Positions 40,173-48,609 of a DNA stretch of 57,911 bases are shown in pieces. Each line of letters starts with the position of its first letter. Position 1 is the stretch's first letter. The notes beneath the pieces are model-generated. The model made no database searches. It was not told where the DNA came from and was given only the letters and a program-made list of their open reading frames with translations. A program made the translations under genes and the position numbers. The stretch is taken from positions 1-57,911 of the IMG/VR virus record IMGVR_UViG_3300020161_003007; one strand, 5' to 3'. The DNA is from a virus. Its lineage: Duplodnaviria > Caudoviricetes.

Positions 40173-40928
40173 ATGTCATTTTCACCAAATCTATTTTTAG
40201 CTAACATTCGTGGCAAAGATGGTCTTGCAAAACCATCTAGATTTGAAGTAATTCTTCCTATCCCACCGTATATCAATCAGTTTATTGGCAATTCAATTAT
40301 TGAAAAAATTATAAATTTTCCAAATTCAGTCATCTCAGATGTTTCAGATGCTATTGGTTCAGCTTTTGGTAAATCTGGTCAACAAGATGAACAATCACGA
40401 ACATCCAATTCTTCATTGACAAGATACTTAGCACTTCAATGTGAAAATGCTGAGTTGCCAGGAAAATCGTTACAAACAGAAGATGTTAAAATATATGGAC
40501 CGTCATTTAAAGTACCACAACAAACACAATATGGTGAAACAACATTAACTTTTTTATGTACAAATGATTTCTTTGAAAGAAAGTTATTTGAAAGATGGAT
40601 GAACTGTATACAACCATCAGATACAAATAACTTTAGATTTCCAAAAGATGATGCAAATAAAACCAGATATTTAACAAATATAAAAATTATTCAGTATGAT
40701 GAATTTATAAAACAAATTTTTGCCGTTGAATTGATTGATGCTTTTCCAGTTGGAATTGCAGCACAATCATTAAATTGGAGTGAAGAAAATTTTCACAGAC
40801 TTTCAGTTCAGTTTTCTTATCAGAAATATAGACCAATTTACACCGGAACATATGATTTGGCCGCTGCTGCAGCCGCATTGTTTGGCACAGCTGCAGCAAG
40901 AGCTTTACCAATTGGTCGTGCATTTTAA
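40173..40928 (+). CDS. Tail-tube-like baseplate initiator (gp54/gp19-like)
   Basis: GLAKPSRFEV; C..AELPG; FE.W; L.DAFP; L.V.F.Y. Confidence 0.75.
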   Translation: MSFSPNLFLANIRGKDGLAKPSRFEVILPIPPYINQFIGNSIIEKIINFPNSVISDVSDAIGSAFGKSGQQDEQSRTSNSSLTRYLALQCENAELPGKSLQTEDVKIYGPSFKVPQQTQYGETTLTFLCTNDFFERKLFERWMNCIQPSDTNNFRFPKDDANKTRYLTNIKIIQYDEFIKQIFAVELIDAFPVGIAAQSLNWSEENFHRLSVQFSYQKYRPIYTGTYDLAAAAAALFGTAAARALPIGRAF

Positions 40929-40950
40929 AATTTAACATAGCGAGGTTATT

Positions 40951-41685
40951 ATGTCTTTACCAAAAATTGATGTACCTGTATTTGAAACAAATTTAGTTTC
41001 GACTGGAAAATCTGTTCGTTTTAGACCATTTCTTGTAAAAGAACAAAAACTTTTTTTGATGGCTGCACAATCTGATGATGCAAAAGATGTGACTAATGCA
41101 ATTAAACAAGTTTTAAAAAATTGTATATTAGATGATAAGGTTGATGTTGATAAACTACCAACTTTTGATTTAGAGAATTTGTTTTTAAATCTTAGAGCAA
41201 GATCAGTTGGTGAAATAGCAAACCTTCGTTATACTTGTAATAATGTGATAAAAGATGATGAAGGAAAAGATAAGAATTGTGGAGGTTTGGTAAAAGTTGA
41301 TGTTAATTTATTAGAGATTGCGCCAACAAAAAATCCAAATCATACAGATAAAATTGCATTGTCTGATAAGTTAGGTGTTTGTATGAAGTATCCAAATTTT
41401 GATATGATTGACAAATTAAATAAAAAAGATAATGTTGATATATTAAATTTAATTGCAAGTTGTATTGATTATGTTTATGATGATGAAAAAATTTATTATG
41501 CTAAAGATGTAGGCGAAAAAGAAATGATCGACTTTATTGAAAACCTTCAACAAGTTGATTTGGAGAAAATTCAGAAGTTTTTCGAAACTATGCCTAAATT
41601 GACTAAAGACTTTGATTTTAAATGTCCAAAATGTGGGTACGGAGAAAAAGTCACAATTGAAGGAGTACAAAATTTTTTCGCATAA
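40951..41685 (+). CDS. Baseplate hub assembly protein, T4 gp26-like
   Basis: MSLPKID.P; RPFLVKEQK; FDLE.LFL.LRARSVGE; MKYP; FF.TMP.L; CPKC; ends GVQNFFA. Confidence 0.9.
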   Translation: MSLPKIDVPVFETNLVSTGKSVRFRPFLVKEQKLFLMAAQSDDAKDVTNAIKQVLKNCILDDKVDVDKLPTFDLENLFLNLRARSVGEIANLRYTCNNVIKDDEGKDKNCGGLVKVDVNLLEIAPTKNPNHTDKIALSDKLGVCMKYPNFDMIDKLNKKDNVDILNLIASCIDYVYDDEKIYYAKDVGEKEMIDFIENLQQVDLEKIQKFFETMPKLTKDFDFKCPKCGYGEKVTIEGVQNFFA

Positions 41686-41735
41686 GTCTTTCTCACGAAA
41701 GTTTGGAGAATTATTTCCAAACTAATTTTTCGTTG

Positions 41736-41870
41736 ATGCAACACCACAAATATAGTTTGACTGAGTTGGATAATATGATGCCGTGGGAAAGACAGTTATA
41801 TGTTGATATGTTAATAAAATATCTTGAAGAAGAAAATGAAAAAATAAAATTACAAAGAAATAAAAAATAA
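41736..41870 (+). CDS. Baseplate hub assembly chaperone, T4 gp51-like (absent from ORF track; frame open from at least 41679)
   Basis: MQHHKYSLTELDNMMPWERQLYVDML, preceded in frame by SHESLENYFQTNFSL. Confidence 0.85.
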   Translation: MQHHKYSLTELDNMMPWERQLYVDMLIKYLEEENEKIKLQRNKK

Positions 41871-44135
41871 ATGGCAAAATCAAGATTAGCCGAAATATAT
41901 CGGTCAGAAAAACAAAAGGGTGGCGGTGTCTTTTCTACTATTGGTAAAGGAACATTAGAAAAGATAGATCCACGGCAACTGTTTAATCAACGAGGGTTTT
42001 TAGCAGCTGCACTTCCGTCACTTTTTAAAGCTTATTCAGCAACATCTAGAACATCGAGTAAATCAGCAAGCGCAGTTACTCCTTCTTTTTCTAGTGCCTC
42101 AACCGATTTAAAATTTGATATTTTAATAGGTACAATGTCTGATGTAAAAAGAGATACAGCAATTTTCACTAAAAATTCTATGTCGTTGCCAGGTATAGCA
42201 TATGACATGAATATAATGAAACAAAATTTTGCGAAGTTTATTAAAATACATGGTATAAAGAGTGCAAAAAAAGGCGATGCCCATTTTGTAAAAGCTGGAA
42301 GGAGAGAAAGTAACTACAAATCTCAATTTAAAAAAACAAGTGGAACACCATCAGGAACTGCTGGTGCTTCTGGTGGTTCAGCTGGCGGAGGTTTAGGTGG
42401 TCTACTTGGTTCAGGTTTAGGTTTAGCCGCTTTAGGTGCAGGCATTGGAGGTTTTCTTGCTGCCTTAGCTGCTGGTGGTGCTGCAGCACAATCACTAGGT
42501 GGCGGTGAAGGAATAAAAAATCTATTAGTTAATTTAGCAGAAGGTCTTAGTGCATTTAGTGGCCAAGGATTACTTGCACTAGGTGCTTTACTTGGAGCTG
42601 GAATGTTATTTGGTGCCTATGCTGGTGCAGGTAATGCTGTCAAAGGTGGAATTGGTATTGCTGCGATTGGTGTTGGTATTGGCGGTTTTATGGCAGGTCT
42701 ATCTGCTGGAGGCGCTTTATCTGAAATGGTTGGTGGCGCTGCAGGAATTCGTGATTTGTTAGTTGCTTTAGGTGAAGGTTTAGGTGCTTTCAGTTCACAA
42801 TCATTAATAGCATTTGGCGCTCTACTTGCACCTGGAGCTTTATTTGGTGCTGTTGGCGGAGTTAGTGCAGCTGCTGGTGCTGCATTTGGAATCGCAGCTG
42901 TTGGCTTAGGTATTAGTGCATTTCTAGTAGCTTTAAGTGGTGGTGCAAAAGTTATTGATATGTTTGGTGGCGCTGAACCATTGAGAAATTTATTTGTAAA
43001 TATTGCTGGAGGTTTAGAATCATTTAGTAATATAAGTGGAACTAACCTTCTCGCAATTGCTGCAGCTTTGCCTGTTCTTGGTGCCAGTATGATAGCTTTT
43101 CTTGGCGCAGAAGGTTTAGGAAAATTAGGTAGTTTCTTTAAATCGGCCGGTGCATCAGTTTTAGGATATTTTGGTATTAAAACTGATGGCAGTTCCACAA
43201 AAGAACCCTCAATATTTGAAAGAATTGCATCATCATTAATGCCGTTACAATCAATTAACGGCGAAAATCTTTCTAAGGTTGGCCAAGGACTGAAAGACTT
43301 AGCATCAGGTATGTTAGGTCTTGCTCAGTTAGATGCAAAAGGTGCTCAGAGAGCAGAAAATGCGGCTGCAGCTGCAGGCAGAGCCGTAGGTAAAACTGGT
43401 GCTGGAGGAATGGGAGCAACATCAACTTCACCAACACCGGCTGGCCCATCTGGTTCCACAGCACCAACTCCTGCACCACAAACTGGCGGTGTTAGTGATC
43501 AATTAGTTGCTTTTGTTAAAAAGAAAGAAGGTTTCTCCGCTAAAGCTTTTTGGGATCATAAACAATACAGTATTGGTTATGGTACAAAAGCTAATAGTGC
43601 AACTGAGGTGATTGATGAAGCTGAAGCAGATAGAAGATTAAGAGAACATTTAGAAAAAACACAGAAGATTGTATCGGATTTTGGTGCTCAAAAAGGATAC
43701 AATTGGAATCAAAATCAAATTGATGCACTTTCTTCTTTTGCTTATAATTTAGGTCCAGGTGCTTTAAATCAAGTAACTGCAGGCGGAACAAGAACAAATG
43801 AACAAATAGCTGAAGCGATTATAAAATACAATAAAGCAAGTGGTCAAGTTAGTGCAGGTTTAACATCCAGAAGAAACGAAGAATTAGCAATGTTTACTTC
43901 AGGAGGCGGATCGCCATCTTATGCTGGTGGAAAATCAGGTAGTGGCGAAATGGTAGCAGCAGTTTCTACGGCCGTTGCAGATGGAAAATCTTCTTCAGGC
44001 GGCGGAAATACCAATGTTGTTAATAATACGACAAATAATAATTCTAGTCAATCTGGCGGTGGTGGATCAAACCAAGTGGCTGCGGTATATGACCAAGAAC
44101 TTGCAGGCGCTATGTTAGCAACTATGTCAGCATAA
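41871..44135 (+). CDS. Tape-measure-like tail protein with C-terminal GH24-type lysozyme domain
   Basis: 754 aa; Gly/Ala hydrophobic 78-aa repeats; KEGF...SIGYG...NQNQIDAL.SFAYNLG...GL..RR.EE..MF. Confidence 0.7.
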   Translation: MAKSRLAEIYRSEKQKGGGVFSTIGKGTLEKIDPRQLFNQRGFLAAALPSLFKAYSATSRTSSKSASAVTPSFSSASTDLKFDILIGTMSDVKRDTAIFTKNSMSLPGIAYDMNIMKQNFAKFIKIHGIKSAKKGDAHFVKAGRRESNYKSQFKKTSGTPSGTAGASGGSAGGGLGGLLGSGLGLAALGAGIGGFLAALAAGGAAAQSLGGGEGIKNLLVNLAEGLSAFSGQGLLALGALLGAGMLFGAYAGAGNAVKGGIGIAAIGVGIGGFMAGLSAGGALSEMVGGAAGIRDLLVALGEGLGAFSSQSLIAFGALLAPGALFGAVGGVSAAAGAAFGIAAVGLGISAFLVALSGGAKVIDMFGGAEPLRNLFVNIAGGLESFSNISGTNLLAIAAALPVLGASMIAFLGAEGLGKLGSFFKSAGASVLGYFGIKTDGSSTKEPSIFERIASSLMPLQSINGENLSKVGQGLKDLASGMLGLAQLDAKGAQRAENAAAAAGRAVGKTGAGGMGATSTSPTPAGPSGSTAPTPAPQTGGVSDQLVAFVKKKEGFSAKAFWDHKQYSIGYGTKANSATEVIDEAEADRRLREHLEKTQKIVSDFGAQKGYNWNQNQIDALSSFAYNLGPGALNQVTAGGTRTNEQIAEAIIKYNKASGQVSAGLTSRRNEELAMFTSGGGSPSYAGGKSGSGEMVAAVSTAVADGKSSSGGGNTNVVNNTTNNNSSQSGGGGSNQVAAVYDQELAGAMLATMSA

Positions 44136-44158
44136 AAAACCCCGGCCGAAGCCGGGGT
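44134..44158 (-). terminator. Intrinsic terminator with cUUCGg tetraloop after gp32
   Basis: ACCCCGGC-TTCG-GCCGGGGT followed by a T run, between convergent genes. Confidence 0.9.
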
Positions 44159-44184
44159 AGCACTTGCATGGCATGGGTTAAGAA

Positions 44185-45069
44185 TCAGTTAGATTCCGCA
44201 AGGGATTTGAAATAATCTAAATCTTCATCATCTTCACCAACAGATTTGTCAATGATAGATGTGTCGGTTTCAGCAACAGTATCAGCTGCTTTAGATTTAA
44301 TTGCAGGTGCAGCGCCATCAAAACCTAATGCTTTATCCAATCTTTGTTTCAACTGGTCATAGGATTTGAAGTTCTTACGCTCGAGGAACTCTTTCAAACC
44401 AAACTCTGATTTCCAAAGTGCCTCAAGTTTTTCATCATCACCGTCATAGAGTGCCGATTTCTCAGCAAACTCTGATTTATCATAATTACGATAACCCTCA
44501 ACATTACGAATTTTCAATTTGAAGTTGGCGCCTTCCCACAAATCGAATGGGTTAATTGGTGTTTCATCAGCAAATTCAGGATTCATAGCCTCTGTAATCT
44601 TATCAAAGATTTTCTTGCCAAACTTAAACAGTTTAATTTGGCCTTCATTTGATTTATTTGCTGGGTCAGAAATCACAAGAATATTGGCAACATAAGATAG
44701 TTTACGCTTTTGCTTTCGTGCAATATCTTTATTGGCTTCAATGCCAGAATTCCATAATGTATTGTTATGCTCACAAACTGGACATTTCTCATTAAGTGTT
44801 GTCAAGCAATTATCAATCAACCAACCGCCAGGTCCTTGGAATCCATGTGAGAATACACGAACCCATGGCAGAGCATCATCGCCATCAGCCTGAGGTGCAG
44901 GTAGAAAACGAACAATAGCCATACCGTTACCAGCTTTATCTACTTCAGGTTGCCAAAAACGATTATCATCTTTAGAACCGGCTTCGCCAGATTGGTTTGT
45001 TGCTTCGATTGCTTTAGTGAGTTTAGAGAGGTCAGAACGACCACGCTTTAGATTTGCAAAACTACTCAT
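44185..45069 (-). CDS. Single-stranded DNA-binding protein, T4 gp32-like
   Basis: D.RFW; GNG.A.VRFLP; HGFQGPGGW; CPVC; FGKKIFDKI; NYDKSEF; acidic tail. Confidence 0.95.
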   Translation of the reverse strand: MSSFANLKRGRSDLSKLTKAIEATNQSGEAGSKDDNRFWQPEVDKAGNGMAIVRFLPAPQADGDDALPWVRVFSHGFQGPGGWLIDNCLTTLNEKCPVCEHNNTLWNSGIEANKDIARKQKRKLSYVANILVISDPANKSNEGQIKLFKFGKKIFDKITEAMNPEFADETPINPFDLWEGANFKLKIRNVEGYRNYDKSEFAEKSALYDGDDEKLEALWKSEFGLKEFLERKNFKSYDQLKQRLDKALGFDGAAPAIKSKAADTVAETDTSIIDKSVGEDDEDLDYFKSLAESN

Positions 45070-45129
45070 AGTATTTCCTTTCGTATAACGGAGTATAAAT
45101 TAGTATAAACGGCTTATCCACAAAAACAT

Positions 45130-45158
45130 ATTATATCATTTATTTAGTAGCGAGTCAA
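45130..45158 (-). promoter_or_regulatory. Sigma70-type promoter for gp32, with TAAATA in its spacer
   Basis: TTGACT-17 nt-TATAAT; TAAATA at 45141-45146. Confidence 0.7.
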
Positions 45159-45624
45159 GCTTTTTCAAGGTATCTTTTATGTCCTTATGAAGTATGCCTT
45201 GGCCTTCTGCTTGTGTGAAATACCTTATCACATCTTCGGTATCATCAATCAATACTGTTTCAGGTGTGGCATATTCTGCCTTTTCTTTACGACCTGTTAC
45301 AATGTTTGCTTTATAATTAATGCCATGCTTACGCAGCCATTTAATTTTTTGTGCTGTAACTTCACCATGAAATTTCTTACCGCCAGCAGATGAAAGAATC
45401 TCAACTGGTAATTTGGTATTTCTAACGGCATTTAGCAACTCTTTACCGCCAGGAAACCAATCCAATTTCTCAAATCCTTTTTTATGGAGAATGAAATCTT
45501 CCCAATCTTTAGACCATTCTTTACGATCCCTTTTGGCAAGCGACAAGAAACCATAGTATTCAGTAAACTTCTTTTCAAAGTCGCAGAGAACACCATCCAT
45601 ATCTAAGTATATTTTCTTTATCAT
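45136..45624 (-). CDS. HAD-family 5'(3')-deoxyribonucleotidase-like protein
   Basis: YLDMDGVLCDF; ILSS; K..WL; LIDD. Confidence 0.85.
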   Translation of the reverse strand: MIKKIYLDMDGVLCDFEKKFTEYYGFLSLAKRDRKEWSKDWEDFILHKKGFEKLDWFPGGKELLNAVRNTKLPVEILSSAGGKKFHGEVTAQKIKWLRKHGINYKANIVTGRKEKAEYATPETVLIDDTEDVIRYFTQAEGQGILHKDIKDTLKKLDSLLNK

Positions 45625-46217
45625 TTCTGTGTAATTTTTTTCAATATCAATTTGTATTTTGTATCATCTTGTGGTAAAAACGGCATTAGTTTTCGTACCT
45701 TCATCTGAAATGTGGGCCAACGAATTGTATCGGTGATTTGTTTTGACCAACTACCCATAAACGGCAGTATTCTAGCCATCATCGCAAAACTTTCGATATG
45801 AATTTCCTTGCGAAATGTTTTGGTGAGAAGAACAGGATAATCACCATCAATCACTTTTAACACCACATTTGGATCATCACTCCCATCAAATATCTCCTTG
45901 CAATCATTCTCAAAGATGTATGAAAAAGATTGAAGTACCTTTTGGTGATTGCGAAAATTCACTTCAGCATCTTCTGTTAACAAATCACCTATCCATAAAT
46001 TGTCTTTCACCATTAGATTAGCAACAATGAATGTAATCAATTCATCACGGTTACTAAGCTTGCGTGATAACTTATAGAAATGATATTTGTCTTTGCGATT
46101 CTCAAAAGCCGTGATACTTATGTTTGTCTTGCCATTATATTTGAAGAAATCATAACTATCTTTAGCGAAATGTAGTTTGAGAGATTCGTAAAGACCGAAT
46201 GCCTCATAACCTGTCAT
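45621..46217 (-). CDS. Helicase loader, T4 gp59-like
   Basis: Y.SLKLHF...YDFFKYNGK...F..RKDKY.F.KL. Confidence 0.88.
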   Translation of the reverse strand: MTGYEAFGLYESLKLHFAKDSYDFFKYNGKTNISITAFENRKDKYHFYKLSRKLSNRDELITFIVANLMVKDNLWIGDLLTEDAEVNFRNHQKVLQSFSYIFENDCKEIFDGSDDPNVVLKVIDGDYPVLLTKTFRKEIHIESFAMMARILPFMGSWSKQITDTIRWPTFQMKVRKLMPFLPQDDTKYKLILKKITQK

Positions 46218-46438
46218 ATTGGTAATCTATTCCCTTTTTCTTTCAACAGATTCAAATCAAGTGCATCATTAGCTAATTTAGATTTGAGATTAGAATTGAC
46301 TAGCGATGCAGCCACTTCAATTTCTAAACCTGTTTTTTTACAATACTCTACTATCGCTTCTATGTAATTCAAATCAGTATTTGCTACCATGCCATCGATA
46401 GCTCTGGCGAATTTAACCATTTCATCTTTTGTAGGCAT
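46214..46438 (-). CDS. Late transcription co-activator, T4 gp33-like
   Basis: YIEAIVEYC...LEIE....L....LK.KL...A..LN.LK....LPI. Confidence 0.88.
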   Translation of the reverse strand: MPTKDEMVKFARAIDGMVANTDLNYIEAIVEYCKKTGLEIEVAASLVNSNLKSKLANDALDLNLLKEKGNRLPI

Positions 46439-46830
46439 TACTTCTCACTCGCAAAAGTAACTTTAGCACCACCTAATGTTCCAGGCATTTCAAAATTAAA
46501 GTTACTCAATTTTTCCAAATCAGCAACAGTCAATGGTTTAATTTGTTCATTTTGAAAAGGCCAATTGTTCTTTGGTATTTCATTGAAATCAAAGTTTTGT
46601 TTTGCAGATTGTAATGTTACAAATTCCAGTTCTTCACGGTCATCAAAACTTAATTGACCTTTAAAATAGAATCCACAACCACGAAGAAAGTTTTCAAATT
46701 CAGATACAATATCTTCTAAAGTTTCTGCTGAAAATTCAACAGTTCTTTTTGAAGAAACAGAATCAGCAAAAGGTATTTCTTCTTCCTGACATACAAATGT
46801 AAATTTAGACATAATATAATTCCTTTTCAA
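46438..46830 (-). CDS. Hypothetical protein (start uncertain, probably MSKFTF)
   Basis: EF.A..L.D....FE.FLRGCGF motif. Confidence 0.65.
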   Translation of the reverse strand: MKRNYIMSKFTFVCQEEEIPFADSVSSKRTVEFSAETLEDIVSEFENFLRGCGFYFKGQLSFDDREELEFVTLQSAKQNFDFNEIPKNNWPFQNEQIKPLTVADLEKLSNFNFEMPGTLGGAKVTFASEK

Positions 46831-47109
46831 TTATTCTTTACTGCGTTTTGACGATGACTGCGGTGCTACTGGATGAGATTGTGCCGATGCTGCAAATGCT
46901 ACACAAATAATATCATCACTTTTTACATATGAGCAACGAACGGCCAACGGATCAATACCTTTAGCAATTGCATTATTCATGTTTTGTGCCATTAAACTGC
47001 GGTCATGTATGTGATACCAACTAAGACATACTACAGCTGTAAAGAATAAAATTGTTACACAAATTGCAACAACATTATCACCTTTTAAAGCTTGTGTTAA
47101 CTTATCCAC
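46831..47109 (-). CDS. Small membrane protein
   Basis: GTG start at 47109 with AAGGA RBS; one TM segment; GIDPLAVRC motif; follows the cell-wall hydrolase. Confidence 0.6.
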   Translation of the reverse strand: MDKLTQALKGDNVVAICVTILFFTAVVCLSWYHIHDRSLMAQNMNNAIAKGIDPLAVRCSYVKSDDIICVAFAASAQSHPVAPQSSSKRSKE

Positions 47110-47636
47110 ATTAAATCCTTTCGATTGTAAAAAATGTGTCTTCCTATTGTTGTCAAATGAACCATGTTTTTCCATCTTGGATTAACATAGTCCGCATGAT
47201 AGAACAAAGCGCCCTTTGATGGGTCTTCCAGTTTATCGTAATTGGCATATACATAAACTGCTAAGTTTCTAACATCATTATACACCATTTCTGCTTGACC
47301 TGTCAAGCGTCTTGTTGTATTTTCGCAATACCAAGTAAATTGGCAAACGCCTTTAAATTTTTGTTTTACCACGCCACAAATGTCATCTTCAAAGTGGCCA
47401 GATTTTACCCGATTAAGAGTGACAAAGGCAACGGCAACTTGTCCCTTTTCTGGTTCATATCCTGCCTCAAAGTAAATGTTTTGGGCAAGACATTCTACTT
47501 GTGTTTTAGCATCAGCAGACATAAAGCTGTAATATGCTTTGTACGGTAAAGTTACGATGTTTGTAACAGTTAATGCGGTAAATCCTATAGTTAATGCAAT
47601 CAAACTAATAGTGAAAAGCACAATTGCTCTTTTCAT
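47097..47636 (-). CDS. Cell wall hydrolase (SleB / Hydrolase_2 family) with N-terminal anchor
   Basis: CLAQNIYFEA..E...GQ.AVA.V.LNRV; CQFTW; GA.FYHA.YV.P.W; IG.HIFY. Confidence 0.9.
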   Translation of the reverse strand: MKRAIVLFTISLIALTIGFTALTVTNIVTLPYKAYYSFMSADAKTQVECLAQNIYFEAGYEPEKGQVAVAFVTLNRVKSGHFEDDICGVVKQKFKGVCQFTWYCENTTRRLTGQAEMVYNDVRNLAVYVYANYDKLEDPSKGALFYHADYVNPRWKNMVHLTTIGRHIFYNRKDLMWIS

Positions 47637-47656
47637 TACTTCTCCTTAAAAGTTGG

Positions 47657-47676
47657 AGGATGGCCGAAGCCATCCT
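47657..47676 (-). terminator. cUUCGg hairpin (terminator or stabiliser)
   Basis: AGGATGGC-TTCG-GCCATCCT, with only a displaced T run. Confidence 0.6.
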
Positions 47677-47683
47677 TTTCCCA

Positions 47684-47959
47684 TCAGGTAGATTTTTTAG
47701 TTGTTATTGGTTTATCTACGGTTATGTTGGAAACGAAATTATTCAAAGTTGCTGCTTTAGCAATAACTTCTGATTCGCTTGGGAATGGTGGAAATCCTGG
47801 GTGCTTCGGCGGATCTTCACCTTTGATTTTGGCAGTATCTATTTCTACTTGCCATTGGTTGGATATTTGCTCACGTTTTCCATAATAATCATCATTAAGC
47901 ATATCTCTCGCCATTTTAAGTAGCTCGAGTCGTATTTCAAAGGGTGTCATATTTGACAT
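47684..47959 (-). CDS. Conserved phage hypothetical protein
   Basis: PFEIRLELLKMA...P...EVI.KA..L..FVS; AGGAG RBS; TAAATA at 48019-48024. Confidence 0.8.
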   Translation of the reverse strand: MSNMTPFEIRLELLKMARDMLNDDYYGKREQISNQWQVEIDTAKIKGEDPPKHPGFPPFPSESEVIAKAATLNNFVSNITVDKPITTKKST

Positions 47960-48030
47960 AGTAATTCTCCTGTGTGTTTGTTTGTGTGTTACCAGCGGTT
48001 GTGTGTATGCTGGTTACTTATTTAGTAAAT

Positions 48031-48609
48031 TTAATCCCACAATCCTCTATAATACTTACCAAATAAGCGAAAACCATTGGCCATTCTAGTTTCGTGTCTT
48101 TTTAGGCCTTCTTCATCGTATCCATTGATGAAAAACTGTTCATCTGTATCATTAACCAATTGTTCAAAGGTCCAAATCATTTCATTCATTACCCAATCCC
48201 AGCGAGAAGAACCTAAATCTTCAAATTGTTTATCCTGGTACCAATCGAAATACAATTGATTGTCATATTCTTCATGTGTAGTGCCACGCATTTCAACAGG
48301 AACATCCTCTAAATCGACAAGATGATACCCATGATTTGTTTCTTTAAGTTGCTTGAGCATTGGCAGAATAATATTTCCCAATGTGCAATCCATTGACCAA
48401 GTATCCCACTTATCAATCTTTACATACTTGATTTGTGGGTGAACAAAATCCAAAAACTTTAAAAGGGCCTGGCAAAATGGATCTAGTATATTCGCCAATC
48501 TATCAATCTTTGGTTCATCATAATCAATTTCACGCCAAAAGAAAACCTTCTCCAAGATTGTGTAAGGAGAAAGCCAATGATTACGGTAATTACTAAGATA
48601 AACTTTCAT
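48031..48609 (-). CDS. Conserved phage hypothetical protein
   Basis: ID.WDTWSMD.TL..II.PML.QLK; W.WV..EMIW.F; LFGKYY..LWD. Confidence 0.8.
   Translation of the reverse strand: MKVYLSNYRNHWLSPYTILEKVFFWREIDYDEPKIDRLANILDPFCQALLKFLDFVHPQIKYVKIDKWDTWSMDCTLGNIILPMLKQLKETNHGYHLVDLEDVPVEMRGTTHEEYDNQLYFDWYQDKQFEDLGSSRWDWVMNEMIWTFEQLVNDTDEQFFINGYDEEGLKRHETRMANGFRLFGKYYRGLWD

Noticed and set aside
42617-43198. 193-aa minus-strand Pro/Ala-rich ORF
   Set aside because: It is the antisense mirror of Gly/Ala codons in the tape-measure-like gene.
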